Source: a virus. Taken from it: a stretch of 7,894 nucleotides of DNA. Position 1 is the first letter of the stretch. Each line of letters begins with the position of its first letter. Made by a program: the position numbers and the translations under genes. The stretch is from the IMG/VR virus record IMGVR_UViG_3300011013_000867, positions 1 to 7,894 of that record; one strand, written 5' to 3'. Below the pieces are notes generated by a model, which saw only the letters and a list, made by a program, of their open reading frames with translations, was not told the DNA's origin and did not search any database. Shown here piece after piece: positions 1-5,698 of this stretch.

Positions 1-170
1 ATTAGAATTAGATGAATTAGAATTAGAACTGTTATCAGAAGTAGATGAATTAGAATTAGATGAATTAGAATTAGAACTGTTATCAGAAGTAGATGAATTA
101 GAATTAGATGAATTAGAATTAGATGAGCTTGATGAATTAGAATTAGATGAATTAGAATTAGATGTATCAT
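1..170. repeat. In-frame tandem repeat: 48-nt unit x2 (1-48, 49-96) followed by degenerate 15-nt sub-repeats; encodes SNSNSSNSNSSTSDNS-type linker
   Basis: The unit attagaattagatgaattagaattagaactgttatcagaagtagatga occurs twice without mismatch. The attagaattagatga motif continues to about base 165. Confidence 0.9.
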
Positions 171-855
171 TTGAAAAAGAAAGAGTAAATCTTCTATAAC
201 CATCGTGCGGAACAATTTTAGTTAAATTACTCTCATTACCATCAGAATAACAAAAAGAATTAGACGCATAAACAGGTACATCATCATAACATTTTTTACC
301 ATCACCAACAATATCAATACATTTATTAACTCCATAATTAGTCATAGTATCCATACAATCAAAAGCTAAATTAAGACCTTTTTGAGAGCAAAAATAATAA
401 AAAATTCCATAAAGATCGTTACAATTTTTTGGTTTATGATATTGAACGCATCTATAATCGCTAATGTTTTCATCAAATAAAAGATAAGAACCTTCAGAAC
501 AAATACACCTATTACCAGAATGATTAGGAACAAAATTAGCATCACACTCACACTTATTAGAACCAACCTTATGAGAAAATGGAGGACACTTATAAACAGG
601 ACGTTGAATTTGATACCAACAAACATAATAATGTATATGTCTATAACGATTATAATAATGATATGTACTTAAATATTTACAATGTGGATAATGAACTTGC
701 TTACAATATTTTTTAACATAATTTTTACAACCGGTATTATCAGGCAAAACCCAAGTTTTATTACCTACATTCTTAAATTCTACATAAGCAGAGATATATC
801 CAGAAGCAAAAGAAAAAACTAAAAAAAGATTAAAAAAGAGAAAAATAAATCTCAT
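1..855 (-). CDS. pIII-like adsorption/minor coat protein, N-terminal 285 codons (signal peptide, 16-Cys domain, Ser/Asn-rich linker); runs off the left edge and continues at the right edge
   Basis: ATG at 855 (cat at 853-855) is preceded by AGGA with a 6-nt spacer. Hand translation reads MRFIFLFFNLFLVFSFASGYISAYVEFKNVGNKTWVLPDNTGCKNYVKKYCKQVHYPHCKYLSTYHYYNRYRHIHYYVCWYQIQRPVYKCPPFSHKVGSNKCECDANFVPNHSGNRCICSEGSYLLFDENISDYRCVQYHKPKNCNDLYGIFYYFCSQKGLNLAFDCMDTMTNYGVNKCIDIVGDGKKCYDDVPVYASNSFCYSDGNESNLTKIVPHDGYRRFTLSFSNDTSNSNSSNSNSSSSSNSNSS... and has no stop down to base 1. It is absent from the ORF track because no stop lies inside the window. Confidence 0.75.
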   Translation of the reverse strand, partial: MRFIFLFFNLFLVFSFASGYISAYVEFKNVGNKTWVLPDNTGCKNYVKKYCKQVHYPHCKYLSTYHYYNRYRHIHYYVCWYQIQRPVYKCPPFSHKVGSNKCECDANFVPNHSGNRCICSEGSYLLFDENISDYRCVQYHKPKNCNDLYGIFYYFCSQKGLNLAFDCMDTMTNYGVNKCIDIVGDGKKCYDDVPVYASNSFCYSDGNESNLTKIVPHDGYRRFTLSFSNDTSNSNSSNSNSSSSSNSNSSNSNSSTSDNSSNSNSSNSNSSTSDNSSNSNSSNSN

Positions 856-863
856 TAAAAATC

Positions 864-992
864 CTATGAAGATTCTTTAATGAGAGACAGAATTGCAAAA
901 AAAGGAACCAAGATAACAGCAAACCAAATCATAATCGAAGCAAAATAATTAAATACAACATCATTAGTTAAATCTATAATTGTTATATCCAT
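864..992 (-). CDS. 42-aa small hydrophobic protein, candidate pVII/pIX-like minor (tip) coat protein
   Basis: Hand translation from ATG at 992 (AAGG 7 nt upstream) gives MDITIIDLTNDVVFNYFASIMIWFAVILVPFFAILSLIKESS, ending at TAG 864-866. It has one hydrophobic segment and no signal peptide. It is wedged between the 69-aa ORF stop (1005) and the pIII-like start (855). It is too short for the supplied track. Confidence 0.5.
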   Translation of the reverse strand: MDITIIDLTNDVVFNYFASIMIWFAVILVPFFAILSLIKESS

Positions 993-1004
993 AGATAAAC
1001 CTTT

Positions 1005-1214
1005 TTATTTAACAACTACTTTTATAGAAAAATATAAAATAACAAAACCAACCAAAACACCACTTAAACCCATAAGGAAATTATAATCATTATAAGCTAA
1101 ATTAAGATTATTAGCAATCTTTGTAGCATTATAATCATCATCAGAAAAAGAAAAAACAGGGAGTATTAAAAATAAGATTCTAATTAAGATGAGTTTTAAG
1201 CAGCTTAATCGCAT
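1005..1214 (-). CDS. 69-aa secreted coat-like protein (signal peptide, acidic N-terminus, hydrophobic core, basic C-terminus)
   Basis: The track ORF 1005..1223 begins at a GTG; the first ATG is at 1214 (cat at 1212-1214), with GGGGTG upstream. Sequence: MRLSCLKLILIRILFLILPVFSFS|DDDYNATKIANNLNLAYNDYNFLMGLSGVLVGFVILYFSIKVVVK. The layout resembles pVIII. Confidence 0.55.
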   Translation of the reverse strand: MRLSCLKLILIRILFLILPVFSFSDDDYNATKIANNLNLAYNDYNFLMGLSGVLVGFVILYFSIKVVVK

Positions 1215-1286
1215 TTTTAACACCCCACAAAAAAACCATAAAAGTTAAAAAAGAGCTAAAAAAAACTACAAAATTATCAACATAAA

Positions 1287-1316
1287 TTTTAAAACCCACG
1301 GGAAAAAACTCCCGTG
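1287..1316 (-). terminator. Rho-independent terminator candidate directly after the major coat gene
   Basis: A 7-bp stem (cacggga 1297-1303 paired with tcccgtg 1310-1316) encloses a 6-nt loop. On the minus strand this reads CACGGGA-GTTTTT-TCCCGTG followed by GGTTTTAAAA. The GC-rich stem stands out in AT-rich DNA. Confidence 0.5.
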
Positions 1317-1496
1317 TTATCTAATTAAGTGTAGAGCTTTTTTAATAGCCCATATACCAGCCAAGCCAGTCAATAAAGCACCAGCAACAGTAACAACATT
1401 GCTTAAATCAAATGTAGGAGCAGTCAAAGTAGCATCCGCAAAAGCCATAGAAGCACCAAGACCAACTACAGCAGCAATCTTAAAAAGCTTTTTCAT
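1317..1496 (-). CDS. 59-aa major coat protein (pVIII-like)
   Basis: Hand translation from ATG at 1496 (AAGGAG 6 nt upstream) gives MKKLFKIAAVVGLGASMAFA|DATLTAPTFDLSNVVTVAGALLTGLAGIWAIKKALHLIR, with TAA at 1317-1319. It has a signal peptide with an AxA site. The mature ~39-aa product has an acidic N-terminus, a hydrophobic middle and a basic C-terminus. A GC-stem hairpin follows immediately, as after Ff gene VIII. Not in the supplied track. Confidence 0.8.
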   Translation of the reverse strand: MKKLFKIAAVVGLGASMAFADATLTAPTFDLSNVVTVAGALLTGLAGIWAIKKALHLIR

Positions 1497-1520
1497 AGAA
1501 AACTCCTTAAAAAAAATTTT

Positions 1521-1537
1521 TTAGGGATTAACCCTAA
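1521..1537 (-). promoter_or_regulatory. Small hairpin between the ssDNA-binding gene and the coat gene (weak attenuator or mRNA element candidate)
   Basis: ttaggg (1521-1526) pairs with ccctaa (1532-1537) around a 5-nt loop. On the minus strand it is followed by AAAAATTTTTTTT and then the coat AAGGAG. Confidence 0.25.
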
Positions 1538-1615
1538 TAATATTTTATAATCTTTTTACTTAATTATTTCTTAACTTTCAATAAATCATTTTACCAGAAA
1601 AGAAAGAAATAAAAC

Positions 1616-1969
1616 TCATTTTTTCAACAAACTATCAATATATTTAACAAATTCATTAGAATCAGAAACTTTAACTTGAAACTGACTTTTTCCTCCTGTT
1701 GGCATAGGAATTTGTGTTTTGAACTCCAAAATTACATTTTTCTTTCTAATTTCATCTAATTTATCACGCAAAATTAAAGCATTACTGTATTTTTCCAAAG
1801 GAACAACAAAAATTATATCTTGAACAATCTCATTACCATTTTCATCAAGCTTAAACGCTTGTGAAGAAAATTGAACTTTTGAAGGAAAAGAAATACCTTG
1901 AAAAGTACCACTTTCCAAAGCTTTTAAACCACTAAAACCTTTAACACGAAAAATAATATCTAAACTCAT
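1616..1969 (-). CDS. 117-aa putative ssDNA-binding protein (gene V analogue, assigned by position only)
   Basis: A strong AAGGAG lies 5 nt upstream of ATG 1969. The small soluble protein sits immediately after rep and before the coat gene, which is the gene V slot in Ff-type genomes. I recognised no sequence motif. Confidence 0.5.
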   Translation of the reverse strand: MSLDIIFRVKGFSGLKALESGTFQGISFPSKVQFSSQAFKLDENGNEIVQDIIFVVPLEKYSNALILRDKLDEIRKKNVILEFKTQIPMPTGGKSQFQVKVSDSNEFVKYIDSLLKK

Positions 1970-2027
1970 ATAAACTCCTTATAATTTATTTGTAATATAA
2001 TTATAATAAAATAATATAAAATATAAC

Positions 2028-3014
2028 TTAAACAATATAATAATTATTAAAATCTTTAGAAAAAAACAATTTATTATTATGATATATCTTCAAAACATTG
2101 TTTTTAAAAACAATAGTATGATTTAAATCAGAATTATAAAGAACAAACTCACCCTTTTTAAAGTTCTTTTCTTTAACATCATAAAAAACAGTATAATCAA
2201 ACCAATCTGAATTTAAAAAAAATATTTTCTTATATATCCAAAAAGGTAAAACAGAAAAAGAAGTCGTAAATCTTCTAATCTTATATTTTAAATACCAAAC
2301 TTGCAAAGCATCTAATTTTTGATTTTTTTTTATATTTAAAAATGATTTTGTAGTATATTTTAAAATATAACCTACAGGATTTTTTAAAGCAACTTCAAAT
2401 TTTTTTTGTTTAGCAGGAAAATATTCATAAAACTTATTTTTAACTTCATCAACAAAATCATTATGTATCCAAAGAAGCATATGAATATGAGGAACTCCAT
2501 CAGATCGATGAGGCTCTGTAGCTCTAATATAAGCCCTCTTATAACCCAATTTCCTCATTTTCCTAAAAACATTTGTATAAATAAATCTCCATAACTGAAA
2601 ATTTAAAATATTATACAAATCTTTAATAGTAAAAACTTCATTATTATTTATCTTATCACGCAAAAAACCAAAACGTTCATTATTTGGAATATATCTATCG
2701 TAAAAATTTCTATTTTTTAAATTATTATACCTTTTAAAATTAGAACATAAAAAATCACGAAAAAAACCATCCAAAGTAACAGTTAAAAAAATAGGAACTA
2801 AACGAAAATTAGATGATATTAACTTAAAAGTATTAATTTTGTTTATAAGGGTATTATAATAACGCTCACTTAAATTAGCAGACATAGAAATATCTAAAAA
2901 AGTTTTTACTTCACCATTTGAATTTACAATATGTTTATTATTTAAAAAACTTCTTTGTTGCTCTAATTTTTTATTATAAAAAATTATATCAGACTCAGAA
3001 ATACCATACAACAT
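2028..3014 (-). CDS. 328-aa HUH-superfamily rolling-circle replication initiator (Rep)
   Basis: Three RCR motifs occur in canonical order: FLTVTL (residues 76-81), PHIHMLLW with HUH = H176-I-H178 (plus strand aagcatatgaatatg at 2475-2489), and GYILKYTTK with Y216 and Y220 (YxxKY). Confidence 0.9.
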   Translation of the reverse strand: MLYGISESDIIFYNKKLEQQRSFLNNKHIVNSNGEVKTFLDISMSANLSERYYNTLINKINTFKLISSNFRLVPIFLTVTLDGFFRDFLCSNFKRYNNLKNRNFYDRYIPNNERFGFLRDKINNNEVFTIKDLYNILNFQLWRFIYTNVFRKMRKLGYKRAYIRATEPHRSDGVPHIHMLLWIHNDFVDEVKNKFYEYFPAKQKKFEVALKNPVGYILKYTTKSFLNIKKNQKLDALQVWYLKYKIRRFTTSFSVLPFWIYKKIFFLNSDWFDYTVFYDVKEKNFKKGEFVLYNSDLNHTIVFKNNVLKIYHNNKLFFSKDFNNYYIV

Positions 3015-3104
3015 TTTTTATCTTTTTATAAATTTTTTATATATTTTATATTTTTTAATTTATTTTAATTTTATTAATTATTAATAATTTAAATATATTT
3101 TATC

Positions 3105-3132
3105 ATTACAACATTTTTTGTTAATTTGTCAA
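3105..3132 (-). promoter_or_regulatory. Sigma70-like promoter candidate for rep
   Basis: On the minus strand: TTGACA (3132-3127), a 16-nt spacer ending TGt, then TGTAAT (3110-3105). This is about 90 nt upstream of the rep ATG and abuts the GC hairpin. -10-like hexamers are common in AT-rich DNA, but TTGACA is rare here. Confidence 0.35.
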
Positions 3133-3133
3133 G

Positions 3134-3178
3134 GGACGCTGCGCGTCCGCTCGCAAGCTCGCTATCCGCGTAGCGTCC
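3134..3178. promoter_or_regulatory. GC-rich imperfect hairpin; candidate replication origin/nick-site or packaging structure
   Basis: ggacgctgcgcg (3134-3145) pairs with cgcgtagcgtcc (3167-3178), giving 12 bp with one G.T position and a 21-nt loop containing gctcgc twice. An alternative local hairpin is ggacgc (3134-3139) with gcgtcc (3143-3148). Region 3133-3178 is 33/46 G+C by hand count. It lies between the RHH gene and the rep promoter candidate. Confidence 0.55.
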
Positions 3179-3206
3179 TATTTCTTTCTTTATTATACAA
3201 AAAAAA

Positions 3207-3371
3207 TTAATTAAAAAGAGAAGAATTCTTAATAACATAATCTTTAATCAACATTCTAATAACTTTGCTTGCATCTAAATCTTTTGATTTGCATACACTC
3301 ATAAATATTTTTTTAGTATTTTTATCTATAAGCACAGATATTCTATCATTTTTAATATTTTTATGCTTCAT
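3207..3371 (-). CDS. 54-aa ribbon-helix-helix (CopG/Arc-like) DNA-binding protein
   Basis: Hand translation from ATG 3371 (GGAG 5 nt upstream) gives MKHKNIKNDRISVLIDKNTKKIFMSVCKSKDLDASKVIRMLIKDYVIKNSSLFN, with TAA at 3207-3209. RISVLI(strand)-KNTKKIFMSVCKSK(helix)-DLDAS-KVIRMLIKDYV(helix) aligns without gaps with CopG RLTITLSESVLENLEKMAREMGLSKSAMISVALENY (recalled from memory). Not in the supplied track. Confidence 0.6.
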   Translation of the reverse strand: MKHKNIKNDRISVLIDKNTKKIFMSVCKSKDLDASKVIRMLIKDYVIKNSSLFN

Positions 3372-3419
3372 AATAACTCCAAAAAAATTTTTACAATATT
3401 ATTATAACAAAATTAAAAT

Positions 3420-4163
3420 CTATGAATTTTTTAATTTATTATTTTCTAAAAAAGAATAAAAAACATCAATATTTTTTAGTCTTCTATTATACATCTTATT
3501 CCAAAGATACAAAGCATCTTCACGATTGCAAAAATCATCATAATAATAACAATAAATAAAACCATTTCTAATCTCAAAAACAACATCATCTTTAAATCTT
3601 TCAGGATCTGAAAACTTAAAACCATTAAAATATTTAGTAATAAAATCTTTAAATTCTTTAAGAGAGATATTTTTAAAAAACTCTCTCAAATCTTCTTTAG
3701 TAGAGAGAGTATTTATTATATTTCTTTTATTAGTATATTCAATATTTAATAGTGTCTTGTTATCCGATGTCGGATTTTCCAACTTCGGAGTTGACAACGT
3801 AGGATTATCAACATTTTTATCAATATTTTCATTTTCTTTTAATTGCTCTTCGTATTTTTTTAAAGGTATTTCATAAACTTCATATTCAACTCTTAAAAAT
3901 CTACCTTTCTCATCTCTTATAGTATTTCTAACTAAATATCCAGAATTTTCAAGCTCTTTCAAACCAGAACGTAAAGAATCACGACCATCAGTAGAACGAT
4001 TAACTAAATCATTCAAACGAACTTGCCAATTAGAAGGACGAGAAAACAAATACAACAAAATTCCTTTAGCTTTCCAAGAAAGACCGCAATCACTTATAAA
4101 ACCATTATCAACGACAGTATAATTTCTTAACTTCTTTTGCTTAAACTGTAGTAAAGAACTCAT
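3420..4163 (-). CDS. 247-aa winged-helix DNA-binding protein of the DnaD/plasmid-phage replication-initiator-like (HTH_36-type) kind; C-terminal half unassigned
   Basis: AGGAG lies 6 nt upstream of ATG 4163. The N-terminus YTVVDNGFISDCGLSWKAKGILLYLFSRPSNWQVRLNDLVNRSTDGRDSLRSGLKELENSGYLVRNTIRDEKGRFLRVEYEVYEIP matches the pattern I know from that family (LS..AKG..LYL.S.P..W....DL.......I...LKELE..GYL......D..G.F....Y.VYE.P). It is followed by a DNP...ENP...LLNIEYTNK linker typical of those proteins. Confidence 0.75.
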   Translation of the reverse strand: MSSLLQFKQKKLRNYTVVDNGFISDCGLSWKAKGILLYLFSRPSNWQVRLNDLVNRSTDGRDSLRSGLKELENSGYLVRNTIRDEKGRFLRVEYEVYEIPLKKYEEQLKENENIDKNVDNPTLSTPKLENPTSDNKTLLNIEYTNKRNIINTLSTKEDLREFFKNISLKEFKDFITKYFNGFKFSDPERFKDDVVFEIRNGFIYCYYYDDFCNREDALYLWNKMYNRRLKNIDVFYSFLENNKLKNS

Positions 4164-4193
4164 AATAAACTCCTAAATAAATAATGTAAAAAC

Positions 4194-4221
4194 ATTATAA
4201 TAAAATTATAATAAAAAGCAA
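4194..4221 (-). promoter_or_regulatory. Promoter candidate for the wHTH/RHH genes
   Basis: On the minus strand: TTGCTT (4221-4216), a 16-nt spacer, then TATAAT (4199-4194), about 30 nt upstream of ATG 4163. Specificity is low in AT-rich DNA. Confidence 0.25.
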
Positions 4222-4287
4222 ATAAAATATAAAAAAATAAATAAATTAGCTTTTTTTAACAAACTGATTGAGAGTTTAAAACAATAT

Positions 4288-4343
4288 GAGCAAAGATTTT
4301 TTTTTGCTTTTTTGACACGAAGCAAAAAAAATCTACTTTGCTC
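4288..4343. promoter_or_regulatory. Long imperfect AT-rich hairpin downstream of the secretin gene; candidate packaging signal and/or terminator
   Basis: gagcaaag (4288-4295) pairs with ctttgctc (4336-4343). The T9 run (4297-4305) pairs with the A8 run (4324-4331). gctt (4306-4309) pairs with aagc (4320-4323). This gives about 20 bp, a small bulge and a 10-nt loop ttttgacacg. On the minus strand it is followed by ATATTGTTTT. Confidence 0.45.
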
Positions 4344-4522
4344 TCAAACCTTATTAAGTATATACAAAATATTTACATTATCAACATAATAATATCATTT
4401 CAATTTGATATGACAGTTATATTATTACATTAATATTATTTGATATTAAATAATATTATTAAAAGCTTAAAAATTTTTCGAGTTTCGCACGATTCAAGCA
4501 ATTTATAAGTTTATCTAATTAT

Positions 4523-5698
4523 TCAATGATTTTTAAAAGGATTATTTTTATTTATAAATTTTAAAAGAGGATTTGAAGTTTTCAAAACATTAACATTAAG
4601 ATACAAAATATAAGTAAATTTTAAATCTGAATGAGTAGATGAATTAAACAAATTTTTAATGATAGGAATATCAGAAAGCAACGGAATATATTTTCTATTA
4701 TCTTTTGCAAAAACATCAGTGTTTAATCCAGCAATGGCAATTTTTTGCCCAACAGGAATTATAAAAGAAGTATCTAAATCTATAGCATTTTTAACATAAT
4801 TATCATTTCTACTATCATAATAACTATCTTCAAAAAACATTTTAATCAAAACTTTATCACTTATCAGAACAGGCTTAACTCTAAAAATAAGACCCACAGT
4901 TTTCTCTTCATAAGTAGTCGTATTTGTAGGAATAGTCTTATCATAAGAAGTAATAATCTGATTAGGTATTCTATAAACCTTTGAATTAGTAAACCTAACA
5001 GATTGACCAGATAGACAAATAAAGTTAGGCTTTACAATAGAATTTATATAACCCTTACTTTCTAAAAAGTCAAGATAAACAGAAATATCATCACCCGAGT
5101 TTCTATAGTCAAATCCAATCTTTTTAAAAAAATCAAAAAATAAAGATGGATTAGAATATTCATTAATAGATTTAATAAGAATATTTAAATTAATATTATT
5201 ATTTTTTATATTATTAATGTTAACGCGATAAATAGAACTTATAAATTTTAATGTCTTTGGAAAATTTATTTGTTTAATTGTTTTATAAAAACGATTAAAA
5301 TCATCAGTTTTATCATACAAAACAATAAAATTATTTTTGTTTAAATAATGAACTTCTAAATTAAATTTACTAGCAATATTATTAAGTTTTTTTATATTCA
5401 AATTATTAATTTTTATAATTTTTGATTTTTTAGGAATTTTTTTAATGTAATAAAATCCAGCATTATAAGATAGATAATAATTATTAGGTATAAGAACTTG
5501 TTTAATCATATCAATATATTGTTTCTTTGAAATATCATCATGCACAGACATGAAAACATTAATATTCATATCTTTATCGTACAAAAAATTTATATTGTAT
5601 CTCTCTGAAACAAACAAAATAAAATCTTTAAATTTTAATTGTAGAACATTAGCACTAACAAAAGAAAAAGTTAAAAACAAAAACAATAAAAATCTCAT
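4523..5698 (-). CDS. 391-aa outer-membrane secretin (pIV-like)
   Basis: It has a signal peptide MRFLLFLFLTFSFVSA and an N-domain-like LKFKDFILFVSERYNINFLYD. The secretin C-domain pattern is present: YLDFLESKGYINSIVKPNFICLSGQSVRF...KTVGLIFRVKPVLISDKVLIKMFFEDS...DTSFIIPVGQKIAIAGL...YIPLLSDIPIIKNLF. GGAGG is upstream, and the ATGA overlaps the pI stop. Confidence 0.85.
   Translation of the reverse strand: MRFLLFLFLTFSFVSANVLQLKFKDFILFVSERYNINFLYDKDMNINVFMSVHDDISKKQYIDMIKQVLIPNNYYLSYNAGFYYIKKIPKKSKIIKINNLNIKKLNNIASKFNLEVHYLNKNNFIVLYDKTDDFNRFYKTIKQINFPKTLKFISSIYRVNINNIKNNNINLNILIKSINEYSNPSLFFDFFKKIGFDYRNSGDDISVYLDFLESKGYINSIVKPNFICLSGQSVRFTNSKVYRIPNQIITSYDKTIPTNTTTYEEKTVGLIFRVKPVLISDKVLIKMFFEDSYYDSRNDNYVKNAIDLDTSFIIPVGQKIAIAGLNTDVFAKDNRKYIPLLSDIPIIKNLFNSSTHSDLKFTYILYLNVNVLKTSNPLLKFINKNNPFKNH

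Noticed and set aside
366-626. 86-aa minus-strand ORF from the track
   Set aside because: It lies entirely inside the pIII-like N-terminal domain but in a different frame (626 is 2 mod 3; the real frame is 0 mod 3). The product is a hydrophobic low-complexity string typical of an off-frame reading of AT-rich DNA.
1221-1223. GTG start for the 72-aa version of the second coat-like ORF
   Set aside because: An ATG three codons downstream (1214) sits at a better distance from the GGGGTG purine-rich stretch and yields a typical signal-peptide n-region (MRLSCLK). The choice remains uncertain.
1224-1316. Tiny minus-strand ORFs between the terminator and the 69-aa gene (ATG at 1239 giving 19 aa; ATG at 1283 giving 5 aa)
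   Set aside because: They are too short, lack an RBS and have no coat-like features.
2406-2594. 62-aa plus-strand ORF
   Set aside because: It is antisense to the Rep gene across the HUH motif region, and I saw no RBS. It is most likely a chance ORF.
3076-3089. Perfect 14-bp palindrome aattattaataatt between the rep promoter candidate and the rep start, considered as an RHH operator
   Set aside because: In a stretch made almost only of A and T, a 7+7 palindrome is expected by chance roughly once per hundred or so positions. It is worth testing only if conserved in relatives.
3133-3178. GC-rich island as a tRNA or tRNA fragment, or as an intrinsic terminator for the wHTH/RHH genes
   Set aside because: It has no T-arm (GTTCGAATC-like) or cloverleaf layout and is too short. 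No T-run follows the stem on the coding strand (it is followed by cTTGACAAATT). A tRNA-derived att core cannot be fully excluded without a host search.
3265-3459. 64-aa plus-strand ORF
   Set aside because: It is antisense to the RHH ORF (which has a GGAG RBS and a clean RHH pattern) and to the end of the wHTH gene. The product is hydrophobic and low-complexity, and it would be the only plus-strand gene in the genome.
4350-4470. dif-like XerC/XerD site or attP in the AT-rich intergenic region (e.g. tatcaacataa-taatat; repeated taatattatt)
   Set aside because: Only a partial resemblance to the XerD arm (about 8/11 to ATTTAACATAA) and no matching XerC arm or inner palindrome. It cannot be distinguished from AT-rich background by eye.
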